Part shown: positions 22,512-32,302 of the stretch, in pieces
Position numbering within the stretch: position 1 is the first letter of the stretch
Layout: every line of letters begins with the position of its first letter
Origin: an uncultured Elusimicrobia bacterium
Lineage (GTDB): Bacteria; Elusimicrobiota; Elusimicrobia; 2-01-FULL-59-12
Direction: 5' to 3'
Length of the DNA stretch: 64,000 nucleotides
NCBI GenBank assembly: GCA_963702895.1
Contig: OY969767.1
Span: 1,184,001-1,248,000 of the forward strand
Notes under the pieces: model-generated
The model's input: only the letters and a program-made list of their open reading frames with translations
Databases searched by the model: none
Told to the model about the DNA's origin: nothing
Made by a program: the position numbers and the translations under genes

Positions 22512-23718
22512 GGCTTAAATGATGAAGGACAATGAAGTTCGCAACTTCGCTTATGAGAAGGGCGTAACAGGCGCCGCTCACGCCAAATCGGGGAACGAGA
22601 AGGGCGGCGAACGCCAAATTGACCAAGCAGGTGGTCAGCGCGCTGGCGAAGAGCTTGCGTTCGCGGTTTTGAGCGATCAAAAACTGCATCCGGGTGTAAT
22701 TGATCCCGCAAAGGAAGAGGGCCGGCGCCAGGAGCTGCAGAAGCGGGACCGCAGGCCGGTAGGCCTCTTGATAAATATGGACGATCAACCAGTCCGCCCC
22801 GAGGTACAGGCCGGCGGCGAGGAGGCTTGTAGACAAGGCGAGAAAGGTCAGTACACGACGGGCTTTCATGCGATAGGTCGTCGGATCCGTGAGGTGGAGT
22901 TTCGAGAGGGCCGGGAAAAAGACGCCGATGAGAAGCACAGGGTACATGCGCAGGACATCAATCATCTTGATGGCCGAGGCGAAGTAGCCGATGTCCGCTT
23001 GGGGCTGACGAAAGAGATTGAGGATCACGATATCCTGGCTTTCGTAAAGGATCCAAAAGACCGCGGAAGCGAACAGGGGCATCGAAGTCTTCAGCAGGCT
23101 TTTGATGAAGGCCATATCCTTCTTAAAACCAAAAGCGCCGAACCGGCTCTTGAGGATAAGAACAGAGACGCCGTAACCGGTAAGCGACCCCATGGCCATA
23201 GCCGTCGCAATGACGCCGAGCGGCTTGCCCTGAAAGAGCGGGACGAGGCCGAAGATCACGGATAAGGAACGAGAAATGGTCTTTAAGGTCGCTTCCCATC
23301 CCATTTCCTCAATGCCGCTCAGAAGTGAGCTGAAGTAGTCGGTTAAGGCCTGACTGACGGAGAAAAGACCGAGACACAGCGTCAGATAGCGCACCTCTTC
23401 CGTGAGGCCGGCCGCGTAGGTGCCGGCCCAAAGAAGAAGCATCGATCCAAGGGAGGCGGAGACCTTGAGCAGGTGGCTGGACTGATAGATTGAGATGCGT
23501 TCGCTGGGGCGACGCGCGATTTCTCTGGTGAGAATGGCGTTGGTTCCCAAGTCGACCAAGATGACCGTGAGGCTGGCATAAGCCAGGGCTGATGAATAAA
23601 GGCCGAACTCCTGGGCGCCCACGCGCCGTGCCAAGAGGAGCACAAAGCCCGTGGCAAAAAGACGCACACCCGTTTCACCTAAGACTTTTTGTGAAAACCT
23701 ATAAGCGGAGGCCCTCAC
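22504..23718 (-). CDS. Wzx-type oligosaccharide flippase
   Basis: Polytopic; LARRVGAQEFGLYS, DLGTNAILTREIA, IGYFASA, FFPALS, LVPRFGVSGA. Confidence 0.85.
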   Translation of the reverse strand: MRASAYRFSQKVLGETGVRLFATGFVLLLARRVGAQEFGLYSSALAYASLTVILVDLGTNAILTREIARRPSERISIYQSSHLLKVSASLGSMLLLWAGTYAAGLTEEVRYLTLCLGLFSVSQALTDYFSSLLSGIEEMGWEATLKTISRSLSVIFGLVPLFQGKPLGVIATAMAMGSLTGYGVSVLILKSRFGAFGFKKDMAFIKSLLKTSMPLFASAVFWILYESQDIVILNLFRQPQADIGYFASAIKMIDVLRMYPVLLIGVFFPALSKLHLTDPTTYRMKARRVLTFLALSTSLLAAGLYLGADWLIVHIYQEAYRPAVPLLQLLAPALFLCGINYTRMQFLIAQNRERKLFASALTTCLVNLAFAALLVPRFGVSGACYALLISEVANFIVLHHLSRE

Positions 23719-23730
23719 CTGATTTTGCAG

Positions 23731-24588
23731 TTATTCGTTATCTCGCAGTAGACGATGGGACTTAAGACGCAAGTATTCACGGAAGAGAGCGGAAAGATAG
23801 ATGGCATTGCCTAGGAGATATCGTTTCCATAAGCGACGAGGTTCACACCAGAGGCGATAGAGCCATTCAAGACCATATTGCTGAAGCAGCCTTGGGGCAC
23901 GCGGGATACGTCCCGAAAGAAAATCAAAGGCTGCACCGACGCCTATCGATACAGGGACATGCAAGGCTTCCAGGTTCTGTGCAATCCAAAGCTCCTGTTT
24001 CGGCGCCGACAATCCCACAAACAAAATATCGGGCTGGCATGCTTCCAGTATGGCCAGGATCTTGAGATTTTCTACCGTCGTCATCTGATCTGCGATGGGT
24101 GGGCTGTAGGTGCCTACAATCTGAAGGCCTGGCGTATAGGCTATGAGCTTCTTGGCTAAGGCCTCCAAGTTGTCTTGGGTGCTGCCTAAAAGAAAGATCT
24201 TGTAGTGTTTGGCGGACGCTCTTACACAAAGCGCGCGCATGAGATCCGGGCCTGCGATCCGACCCGGCAGTCGGACATCGACCCATCGGCTGCCCCACAC
24301 AATCGACATTCCGTCTGCGAGAAGGAGGTCTGCACGATTGAGGACATTCCGGTAGGCGGCGTTGAGCCTGCAGAGTGCGACGGTATAGGCATTGCTGAGG
24401 CAAATCTGGTGAGACTTGCCATCGCGGATGAAGACATCGATGATGTGGAGAGCTTGGTCCATGGACACAGCGTGGAACTGGGCTCCTAAAACCGAATGAC
24501 GCAAAACGCCCTGAAGAGGACTGGCCACAGTTTCTCTTGGGACCTGAAGGACGGAATTGTTTTCAACGACTACGGTGGAAGACGCCAT
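23731..24588 (-). CDS. WecB/TagA/CpsF family glycosyltransferase
   Basis: ADGMSIVW, RIAGPDL, PDILFVGLSAPKQE, GVGAAFDF, GLEWLYRLWCEPRRLWKRY. Confidence 0.95.
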   Translation of the reverse strand: MASSTVVVENNSVLQVPRETVASPLQGVLRHSVLGAQFHAVSMDQALHIIDVFIRDGKSHQICLSNAYTVALCRLNAAYRNVLNRADLLLADGMSIVWGSRWVDVRLPGRIAGPDLMRALCVRASAKHYKIFLLGSTQDNLEALAKKLIAYTPGLQIVGTYSPPIADQMTTVENLKILAILEACQPDILFVGLSAPKQELWIAQNLEALHVPVSIGVGAAFDFLSGRIPRAPRLLQQYGLEWLYRLWCEPRRLWKRYLLGNAIYLSALFREYLRLKSHRLLRDNE

Positions 24589-24602
24589 AAGAAATCGCTG
24601 AC

Positions 24603-24631
24603 ATTATAGCCCCGTCGCCCTATGAGCGCAA
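24603..24631 (-). promoter_or_regulatory. Putative internal sigma70 promoter upstream of the WecB/TagA gene
   Basis: Minus strand TTGCGC-17 nt-TATAAT. Confidence 0.55.
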
Positions 24632-25783
24632 TACGGATTCGTAAAGCGCAAGCCGATTAGCGATCGCACGCCCTTTGGAAAATCTTTGAGAGGCATGGTC
24701 CTGGCACCTCGTTCGATACGCGAGTTGTTGGGCTTGGGCGCTAACGCTCTGAATCGCACTCAAGAAGCGATCAGCGTCATGCGGCGGAAAGGTTTCACCG
24801 TTTGTCCCTGCCTGGATGAGCTCTGGGAATGCCCCATGAGAGGGCGCAACGACAGGCACCCCGAGCAGGTTCGCTTCCATCAGAGCCAATGGGAAATTTT
24901 CGTAACATTCCGACGGCAGCACAAGAAGCATGGCATGACGAAGGAGTTCTTGCTTTTCATCACCTTTGACGAAGCCTCGATATTCAATGGCAGCATGGCT
25001 TTGATTCGTTAGCTTATGTTTGAGCGGACCATCGCCGGCAACGATTAATTTCAGCGGACCAGCTGAAGTTTTGAAGCACTCCATTAACCACAAGATCCCT
25101 TTTTCTTCCGAAAGGCGGCCCAGGTAAAGGGCGTAAGGGGAGGGAGGGCAAGGGAGAGGATGATGATCAATCGGTGAGAAATGGCCCTGAACCACAAGAC
25201 GATCTTTGAAAGGCAGAAATTGCTCATATTTGCTTTTTAAGAATTGGCTGGGCGCAATAAACAGATCGACTTCACCGTACCACTCTCTTTGGTGCGCCGC
25301 CCATAAATGGGCAGCCATGCCGATGCTTTGAGCACGACTGCCGCGATAGCAGCCTCTTAGGATTCCTGGTCCATAGTGGCCCGGCCTACATCTCTCACAT
25401 AATTCGCGGCTGGGTGTCATAAACAACCCGTTCAAACAGATCGGGCGGAAATTGTGCAGGGTCTGAATCGTTTTTGAGCCGTGGTCATGGGCGAATTTAA
25501 AAACCCTTGGGGAAAGCAGCGGAAACAGATTGTGCGCATGAACAAGATCTGGCTTGTCGTGCTGGATGAGCTTCTCAAGTTCTGCTTGAGGACCACGCCC
25601 CCAAGGAGATAACAGCGCATCGCGTTTCGTGGAAAAACTGGAATCGTTGTTGACGATAAAGGATTGAACGTGGTACCCCGAGTCGCGAAGAGCCTCCATC
25701 TCATTGGAAATACAAGCGTCTTCACCGCCTGGATGAATGTAGCGGTTGTGAACGATAAGGAGACGTTTCAACGAAGTTCCCAT
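24620..25783 (-). CDS. Glycosyltransferase family 4
   Basis: VHNRYIHPGGED, HAHNLFPLLSP, TLHNFR, GRLSEEKG, ENFPLALMEA; start uncertain. Confidence 0.9.
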   Translation of the reverse strand: MGTSLKRLLIVHNRYIHPGGEDACISNEMEALRDSGYHVQSFIVNNDSSFSTKRDALLSPWGRGPQAELEKLIQHDKPDLVHAHNLFPLLSPRVFKFAHDHGSKTIQTLHNFRPICLNGLFMTPSRELCERCRPGHYGPGILRGCYRGSRAQSIGMAAHLWAAHQREWYGEVDLFIAPSQFLKSKYEQFLPFKDRLVVQGHFSPIDHHPLPCPPSPYALYLGRLSEEKGILWLMECFKTSAGPLKLIVAGDGPLKHKLTNQSHAAIEYRGFVKGDEKQELLRHAMLLVLPSECYENFPLALMEANLLGVPVVAPSHGAFPELIQAGTNGETFPPHDADRFLSAIQSVSAQAQQLAYRTRCQDHASQRFSKGRAIANRLALYESVLRS

Positions 25784-26736
25784 AGGTGACGAAGGCAAGC
25801 GGCGCTTTGCGAGACGAACTTAGGGAAAAGACTCAAGGCATAGAGGAATGATTTCATCATAACTTCAGAAAGTGAACGAGCGGATGATTGACGCAAGCAT
25901 GAACGAGCTTGCGATCTGTGGCCTGCTTTGAGGAGCTGCGTGGCCTGTCCGATCAAGAGGTTTTCGGTTTGGCCTGTTTGCGGAGGAATCTTGAAGGCAT
26001 CAATCGCCCTTTGATCCGCCAGACCTTGTCGTCGTAATGAAGCGCAGGCTCTGCTTAAAGACGCGTAGGCCTCTTGTTCGATTAACTTTGTGCGACCAAT
26101 GCCAGCCTGTGTGAGTCGGAGGTGATAGAGCGGTGCGGGCACAACTGCCATCTCCTCCTTTTCGAGCAGCCTGAGGAGAAGGTCATAGTCCTGCGCGTAG
26201 GCAAAGAATGGACGATACCCTCCGACGTTGCGATAGCTGCTCGCGCGGATCATCAGGGATCCATGGACAATCGGGTTACGATGGCGCAGTTGACGTTTGA
26301 GCAAAGGTGTCGATGAGAAGGTCTTTGATAGTCCGAGATCATGGCCTTGATCGTCGTGCATGGCGACCCATGAGCTGACAACGCCAACCGCAGGTCTCGC
26401 CTGAAGGACCTGAGATTGCATGTTCATGCGCTCAAGCGCTGACCAATCGTCAGCATCTTGCCGCATGAAATACTCGCCGCGCGCCTCAGCGGCGAGTTCG
26501 ATGAGCGAAGGGGTCAAGCCGAGCCTGTTCGGATGCCTGTACCAATGAATACGCGGATCACGAGCAGCAAAAGTGGCGAGGATTTCGCGTGTATCGTCCG
26601 TTGAACCATCCTCCATCACTCTTGCTTCCCAGTCCTGAAAGCTTTGAGCGCTCAAAGATCCAAGCGACTGAGCCAGGGTGGTTGAGGCGTTGTGCGCGCT
26701 CATGAGGACGGTGATGAGCGGTCGTTCGGGACTCAA
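25768..26736 (-). CDS. Glycosyltransferase family 2
   Basis: ITVLMSAHNA, EDGSTD, RQDADD, AQDYDL; TTG start inferred. Confidence 0.9.
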   Translation of the reverse strand: MSPERPLITVLMSAHNASTTLAQSLGSLSAQSFQDWEARVMEDGSTDDTREILATFAARDPRIHWYRHPNRLGLTPSLIELAAEARGEYFMRQDADDWSALERMNMQSQVLQARPAVGVVSSWVAMHDDQGHDLGLSKTFSSTPLLKRQLRHRNPIVHGSLMIRASSYRNVGGYRPFFAYAQDYDLLLRLLEKEEMAVVPAPLYHLRLTQAGIGRTKLIEQEAYASLSRACASLRRQGLADQRAIDAFKIPPQTGQTENLLIGQATQLLKAGHRSQARSCLRQSSARSLSEVMMKSFLYALSLFPKFVSQSAACLRHLWELR

Positions 26737-29381
26737 GGGTGTATGCTCTCGGCCTTGGCCTTGTCTGGTGAAGGTGGGATCAGGCACAGGCCAAGACTTC
26801 CCCAAAAGAAGATGGATTTAAAGGGACTCTCGAGGACGACATCACTGAGCATATGGAACAGGATGTAGAGCGTAAAGAGGAAGGCGAAAATCCAGACAGG
26901 CCGTTGTGGCGAAGAGGATGCATCATGAAGGATTTTGTCGTAGGTCAAACGGAGGATGCTGATCACTAAGCCAAGGAATCCGATGAGTCCCAAGATGCCC
27001 GTTCTGTAGAGGACCGCGACAAAGGAGTTGTGCGGATCATACCGCGGAACATCGAGCCAATAACTCACCTGGGCAGGCACGAACACTTTGCCCATGGGCA
27101 TGCCAAAAAGCAGCCGGATCAGGGGCCATGACGACAGATCGACCATGGCTTTTTTTACTCCCGGTTCAAGTGGTCTGGCCCAGCCGGCCAAGGGGTCTTC
27201 CAACACGCGTTGCCACAGGTCGGGGTCCGTAACATGGTTTTGTCGACGTGAAGGAATACGTCCTGAGCGCTCCATCGATTGCTTTCGTGCATCAAATCGC
27301 TCCTGGACATCGGGCTTTGTGGTTTGTTCACGGGAAGTCCTGCCAATCAGAATTTCCTCATATGCGGATTGCCACATCCAAAAGCGAGTGTGGACATTAC
27401 CCATACTGCTTCCAGCCATGGAAGGAACGAATGCAACAAGCGTCCTGAGATCTGATAGCAGAGGTTTCATCAGTCTGTTTGGCTGAATCAGGGACAAAAG
27501 GATAGCGATGCTGATACTTGCGGGAATGACGCCAATGAGAAAATGACAAAAACGTGGGAAAAAGATATTTTGCGCGTGCAGGACAATGGTCACAGAGAGG
27601 ATGAGAAGCCATGCCAACCAGGCTGAGCGTACGGTGACAAGAAAGAGCATCGAGACCAGCAGAATCTGAGCCCCATAATAAAGCCATTTCTTGTGGGGCT
27701 TGATGGAGTGAATAGCCAGAATCAAAAGACCAGACATATACATGGCACTGCAAGCCGGTTGCAGCGGTAAGTGACTGTCTAAAAAAAGGTTGCCTAGGAT
27801 GCTCAAAAGTCGCGCGCCAATAACGAAACAGGCAGCATATTGAACCAGCCGGATAAGGGCAGGGGAGAGGGTGCGAACCTGCGTGACCAAAGCGAAAACA
27901 AGGTATCCCGCGAGCATATACCCAATCAGCATGGCATCACGCATGGCATCACGCATCCCATAAATGATCACACCGCGCAGAAGTGAAAGGCTGAAGGATA
28001 GGGCGAGCATTCCTGTCAGCCACTTCGCAGGGAGTCGCCACGGCCGTGCGCGCCCGGACAAAAGGAGAGTGAAAAGACTCAGCGCTAACAAGGTGTCCGT
28101 GATATATACAGGACGACCCGCTACTGAAAAATGGATATAGGCAAATGTTTTATCCAAAAGGATGTTTCCCAGGAAAGCGGCGCTAAGACAAAGGAACGAA
28201 ACCTGGAGGAACCAGGAAGCCCTGCTGTATGCAAGCTTTGACGTTGCAGCCAGGTCCTCGAGCAAACGAATTTCATCCTGGATAAGTCGCGAGAGATCAA
28301 ATCGGGTTTCAACCATCGTTCTGGCATTCCTCGTGATTTCTTCGGACGCATCAGGATTCTGGAGCGCCGTGCCGAGCGCTCGAGCGATGGCCTGGACATC
28401 CGTTGGTGGGCATGTATAAGCCGTACGACCGTGGGAGGTGAGGTCTTGGTTCCCTTCGCACTCTGAGACGACACAGGGGACTCCGGCGCTCATGGCTTCT
28501 ATGAGTATTTTCGGATGACCCTCGATGTGTGACACAAGTGCGAAGACGTCAGCTTCACGAAACACTTCTGGAAGCTTGGCATGGGGAACCGGGGGACTTA
28601 TCGTCAGATTGACATCATGTGCTCGAGCGAGCGTTTCGAGGGATTCTCTTTGAGAACCATCTCCTATCCAGAGAAGCTTGACCGGCATCATTTTCTGGAG
28701 TACGGCAGTTCCGAGAATCAGATTCGCGAGATTCTTTTGCTTTTCAAGTCGTCCGATATACAGGATCGTTTTTGTTTTCGAGCGAGCGCGTGTCGTTGTT
28801 GACGGGTCAAACTGTTTTAGATCGACACCGTTTGGAATTAAGGCAACACCCTCATGTCGGCGCCATAAGGCAATTCTTTCGTAGAGGATGCGCGTGGTGA
28901 CAAGGGCGATGCTTGAGCGCCATGCGGCGATGCGTTCCAATGCCATCGTCGTCCAGACTTTCCATCTTGGTTTTCCTTCGACTTTCGCAAATTCAGAATA
29001 GGAATATCCAAAGGTCACAAGACATTTCGCGCTTTGTGACCAAGGACCCAAGAACGGCAAAATCCCTGTGGCTTGGAAGACCCGGAACACGGCGCATTGC
29101 CGGAATTCCTTCCAATAGGCGATCGGCATCAAGAGGCCATAGAGAAACGGATGGATATTCCATCGACGCGGTAGCACCTGGACTCTGGAAAGAATCTGAG
29201 GATCGCTCGTAAAGTCTTCGAGCCGTTCCGAAAAGTAGCTGAAATAGTAGATGGTCTGGAAGGAAGTTAAATACGCTTTGATGTATTTTTCGATAAGCCT
29301 GGCATCTTGTCCCGTTGTACGCAAAGCGGTCAATCCGCTTTTGTAGGATGCGACCAGGCCCAAAGTAAGGTTTCTTGACAT
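26733..29381 (-). CDS. Fusion: GT4 glycosyltransferase + O-antigen ligase/Wzy-like polytopic domain
   Basis: N-half IPNGVD, GRLEKQKN, EGHPKILIEAMSAG; C-half many TM helices, RSAWL, RFWMW, DPHNSFVAVLYRTGILG. Confidence 0.8.
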   Translation of the reverse strand: MSRNLTLGLVASYKSGLTALRTTGQDARLIEKYIKAYLTSFQTIYYFSYFSERLEDFTSDPQILSRVQVLPRRWNIHPFLYGLLMPIAYWKEFRQCAVFRVFQATGILPFLGPWSQSAKCLVTFGYSYSEFAKVEGKPRWKVWTTMALERIAAWRSSIALVTTRILYERIALWRRHEGVALIPNGVDLKQFDPSTTTRARSKTKTILYIGRLEKQKNLANLILGTAVLQKMMPVKLLWIGDGSQRESLETLARAHDVNLTISPPVPHAKLPEVFREADVFALVSHIEGHPKILIEAMSAGVPCVVSECEGNQDLTSHGRTAYTCPPTDVQAIARALGTALQNPDASEEITRNARTMVETRFDLSRLIQDEIRLLEDLAATSKLAYSRASWFLQVSFLCLSAAFLGNILLDKTFAYIHFSVAGRPVYITDTLLALSLFTLLLSGRARPWRLPAKWLTGMLALSFSLSLLRGVIIYGMRDAMRDAMLIGYMLAGYLVFALVTQVRTLSPALIRLVQYAACFVIGARLLSILGNLFLDSHLPLQPACSAMYMSGLLILAIHSIKPHKKWLYYGAQILLVSMLFLVTVRSAWLAWLLILSVTIVLHAQNIFFPRFCHFLIGVIPASISIAILLSLIQPNRLMKPLLSDLRTLVAFVPSMAGSSMGNVHTRFWMWQSAYEEILIGRTSREQTTKPDVQERFDARKQSMERSGRIPSRRQNHVTDPDLWQRVLEDPLAGWARPLEPGVKKAMVDLSSWPLIRLLFGMPMGKVFVPAQVSYWLDVPRYDPHNSFVAVLYRTGILGLIGFLGLVISILRLTYDKILHDASSSPQRPVWIFAFLFTLYILFHMLSDVVLESPFKSIFFWGSLGLCLIPPSPDKAKAESIHP

Positions 29382-29382
29382 G

Positions 29383-30594
29383 TTACGACCGGGACAGAGC
29401 GCGCGATGAGAGTACCGAAGAATCTGATTTGACATTCTCACGAAGAGCGTCGTACTGCTTACCGTAGGCGGTGGTGATGGTCTCCCAATTGAAATAGGCT
29501 TCCACTCTTGCGCGATTCGCATGTCCGAGCGCAAGCATATGCTCAGGACGAGCCAGGGTTCCAAGCATGAGGTCGGCAAACGCGCCAGAGTCACGTGGTT
29601 CGACCATCGTCCCCGTATCGTCAGTCATAATGTCCAAGGTCCCGCCGGCGCGTGTTGTAATGACGGGCTTGCCAGAGGCCATCGCTTCCAGTAGGACAAT
29701 CCCGAATCCTTCGTGAAGGGTATGGAATGCAAAAAGGTCGCATGTTTGATAGTAAAGCGGCAGGTCCTCATCAGAAACACGTCCGGTGAAACAAACATGG
29801 CTCGCAATACCCAGCGCTTGCGCTTTCTTCTCGAGCAACTTCTTCTGCGGCCCTCCGCCGACGATAACAAAGTAAAGATCAGGCCTGGCGCTTAGGGCTT
29901 TAGCGATCGTATCCAAGTAGTAGGCAACGCCTTTACGCTCGTGAAGACGCTGTACCGTCAAAATGATCGTGCGGGATGTCGGAAGATTGAGCTGCAGGCG
30001 CAATCTCTGGATTTCGGCTTGAGACACAGGTCGGAAACGATGGACGTCAACGCCATAGGGAATAACGGACAGTTTGCTCGCAGGGACTCTGTATTTGGAT
30101 TCCAGCACACGACGTACAAATGTAGATGCCGCTACAATTCGATCGGCATGACCCAGTAGCCACCGGTTTAAGGGACTCAAGAACGAGCAGGGAATATAAT
30201 ACGGATCGTAAATATCATTCCCAACGAGCGTGACCATGGTGGGTCGATGATTCTTCACGCTCCAAAGCATTCCGGGATACCCGGTAAAAAAGAGGTAGTG
30301 AAGATGAACAAGATCGGGTTGAAAGCGATTCAGGCGATGAAAAACACCCGGAACAGCCTGTAAGGAATGTGCCACTTCAGATAGACGACGCAAACCCGAC
30401 GGCGCCAGGGAGATATACCGCTCAATGCGAAGACCCTCCATTTCTTCTGCTTCAGGCCATTCGAGCCGATAGCGTGGTGTGATGATGAGCACTTCGTGGC
30501 CACGCTTGACGAGCCGCCGGCCCATCTCCCATGCGCCGATTTCAGCGCCGCCACGGTTGGGTAGAAACCAAGGGATGAGAAGTGCGATTTTCAT
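29383..30594 (-). CDS. Glycosyltransferase family 4
   Basis: GGAE, IPYGVD, RLHERKG, EGFGIVLLEAMASG. Confidence 0.92.
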   Translation of the reverse strand: MKIALLIPWFLPNRGGAEIGAWEMGRRLVKRGHEVLIITPRYRLEWPEAEEMEGLRIERYISLAPSGLRRLSEVAHSLQAVPGVFHRLNRFQPDLVHLHYLFFTGYPGMLWSVKNHRPTMVTLVGNDIYDPYYIPCSFLSPLNRWLLGHADRIVAASTFVRRVLESKYRVPASKLSVIPYGVDVHRFRPVSQAEIQRLRLQLNLPTSRTIILTVQRLHERKGVAYYLDTIAKALSARPDLYFVIVGGGPQKKLLEKKAQALGIASHVCFTGRVSDEDLPLYYQTCDLFAFHTLHEGFGIVLLEAMASGKPVITTRAGGTLDIMTDDTGTMVEPRDSGAFADLMLGTLARPEHMLALGHANRARVEAYFNWETITTAYGKQYDALRENVKSDSSVLSSRALSRS

Positions 30595-31589
30595 GGGATA
30601 CGGGCCTGTTGTTTTACCGATGGCTTTACATTATCGCGCCAGTAATCTAATAGGTCCCGGAGCGTCTGTTTGAAAGGTATGACCGGCTCCCAGGCTGTTA
30701 ATTTGCGAAACTTGCTGCAATTGCCATAGACCATCGGAAGATCAGATGGTCTAAGGCGGGCAGGATCCACTTCAGTGGCTATGGATACACGCGTCAGCTC
30801 AAGGAGCTGATCTAAAATATGTCGCATGCTGAGCGGACGACCGGAACAAATGTTGTAGGCTTCCCCGGGTTCCCCTTTTTCGAGAGCCAAGACGTACGCG
30901 TGTGCGACGTCGCGGACGTCGAGATAATCTCGCTGGGCCTCAAGGTTTCCCACGTGTAAGACTGGCAAGGATAAGCCCGCTTCGATGGATGCAATCTGTT
31001 TGGCAAAGTTAGAGATCGCATACTGGTCTGGGCGCCCCGGACCGGTGTGATTAAAAGCGCGTGTCGTTAAGATGGGGAGGTTGTAGGATCGGAAATACTG
31101 AAAGGCCATAAGATCCTGTGCCACTTTGGAGACAGCATAGGGAGACACAGGCCTAAACGGTGTCTCCTCATGAACTGGCAGATCCCCTGTTCGCACTGCG
31201 CCGTATTCTTCAGAAGAGCCTGCGACAAGAACCCTGGGGGTCAAGCGATGCTTCCGCAGTAACTCGAGGAGATTCAGTTGGCCGAGTACATTGTTCGTAA
31301 AAGTCTCGTGAGGGTGCGTCCAGGACCGTGCAACTTCAGCTTGACCTGCCAGGTGGAAAATCCAGTCCGGATGAACCTCCATTAGGATTCTGTCTATGTC
31401 CGCTGTATCGAGAAGATCGCCTTGCACGTACCGTTGCGGATCCAGCGGCAGCTGTCGCGGCAAGGGTCGTGTCTGATGCCATCCCCAAATCTCAGTGTAG
31501 CCCTTGGTGGATAGCGCATTCACCAAATGGGAGCCGACAAAGCCGGTGGCCCCTGTAATTAAGATGCGAGGTTGTTTACCGTCTATCAT
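30591..31589 (-). CDS. GDP-4-keto-6-deoxymannose reductase (Rmd)/GDP-mannose dehydratase-like SDR
   Basis: ITGATGFVGSHL, GSSEEYG, SPYAVSK, RAFNHTGP, VGNLEAQRDYLDVRDV. Confidence 0.85.
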   Translation of the reverse strand: MIDGKQPRILITGATGFVGSHLVNALSTKGYTEIWGWHQTRPLPRQLPLDPQRYVQGDLLDTADIDRILMEVHPDWIFHLAGQAEVARSWTHPHETFTNNVLGQLNLLELLRKHRLTPRVLVAGSSEEYGAVRTGDLPVHEETPFRPVSPYAVSKVAQDLMAFQYFRSYNLPILTTRAFNHTGPGRPDQYAISNFAKQIASIEAGLSLPVLHVGNLEAQRDYLDVRDVAHAYVLALEKGEPGEAYNICSGRPLSMRHILDQLLELTRVSIATEVDPARLRPSDLPMVYGNCSKFRKLTAWEPVIPFKQTLRDLLDYWRDNVKPSVKQQARIP

Positions 31590-32302
31590 GCAAGACGTCT
31601 TCTGTGGTAATTGAACCATGTTTGGAAATTGGCCATATGGGGCGCACAAAAAGCAATGACTTTAGCCAGCCAGCGATAGGCGGTCCGAGACATATATTCC
31701 TTGGGGACATGCACAATGGCCAGACCTTCCGGAACTTTGGATGAGATCTCCGTTGTGCAGCCATACAAATGCGCGAGGATCCGGCAATATCGCCAAGCCC
31801 AACGCGCACGGCCCAGGACATCATGAAGAAGGATGATGCCGCCCGGAGCGCAAGTCCGTTGGCGTAATACGGTTTCTAGTTCGCGGGGATAGAGCGCTTT
31901 CAGATGGTCAATCAAAATGAGATCAAAGCTCTGGCCGGCTAGTTCGTGTAATTGAGTGGCTGCATCCCCGTGCCGGAATTCATAAACCTCAGGAATCCCT
32001 TGCGCTGCAAGGTACTTCCCGATCATTCCGCCATCCACGGCATTCGAATAGGCCAAGGAATCGATGCCCACGTACTTGAACTCTTTGCAATGATGCATTT
32101 CAATAATCACTGGTACCGCAAATCCGCCAGCCTGGAATCCAATTTCAAGCACTCGTGAGCGCTCGTTCAGCTTGAGCCATTCGACGGCGAACTGTTCCAA
32201 GGAAGGGTGCTCGGCGCCGATGTGCCATCGGTCTTTTGGTAGTCCAATCTCTGTGTAGTGATCTACCAAGAGTTTCACGGGATCCTCTGTGCAGCCAGAC
32301 AC
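31586..32302 (-). CDS. Class I SAM-dependent methyltransferase (Methyltransf_24-like)
   Basis: RVLEIGFQAGG, FDLILIDH, PGGIILLHD. Confidence 0.75.
   Translation of the reverse strand: MSGCTEDPVKLLVDHYTEIGLPKDRWHIGAEHPSLEQFAVEWLKLNERSRVLEIGFQAGGFAVPVIIEMHHCKEFKYVGIDSLAYSNAVDGGMIGKYLAAQGIPEVYEFRHGDAATQLHELAGQSFDLILIDHLKALYPRELETVLRQRTCAPGGIILLHDVLGRARWAWRYCRILAHLYGCTTEISSKVPEGLAIVHVPKEYMSRTAYRWLAKVIAFCAPHMANFQTWFNYHRRRLA

Noticed and set aside
27929..27956. 12-bp tandem duplication (MRDAMRDAM)
   Set aside because: A small in-frame duplication in a membrane-domain loop with no evidence of function
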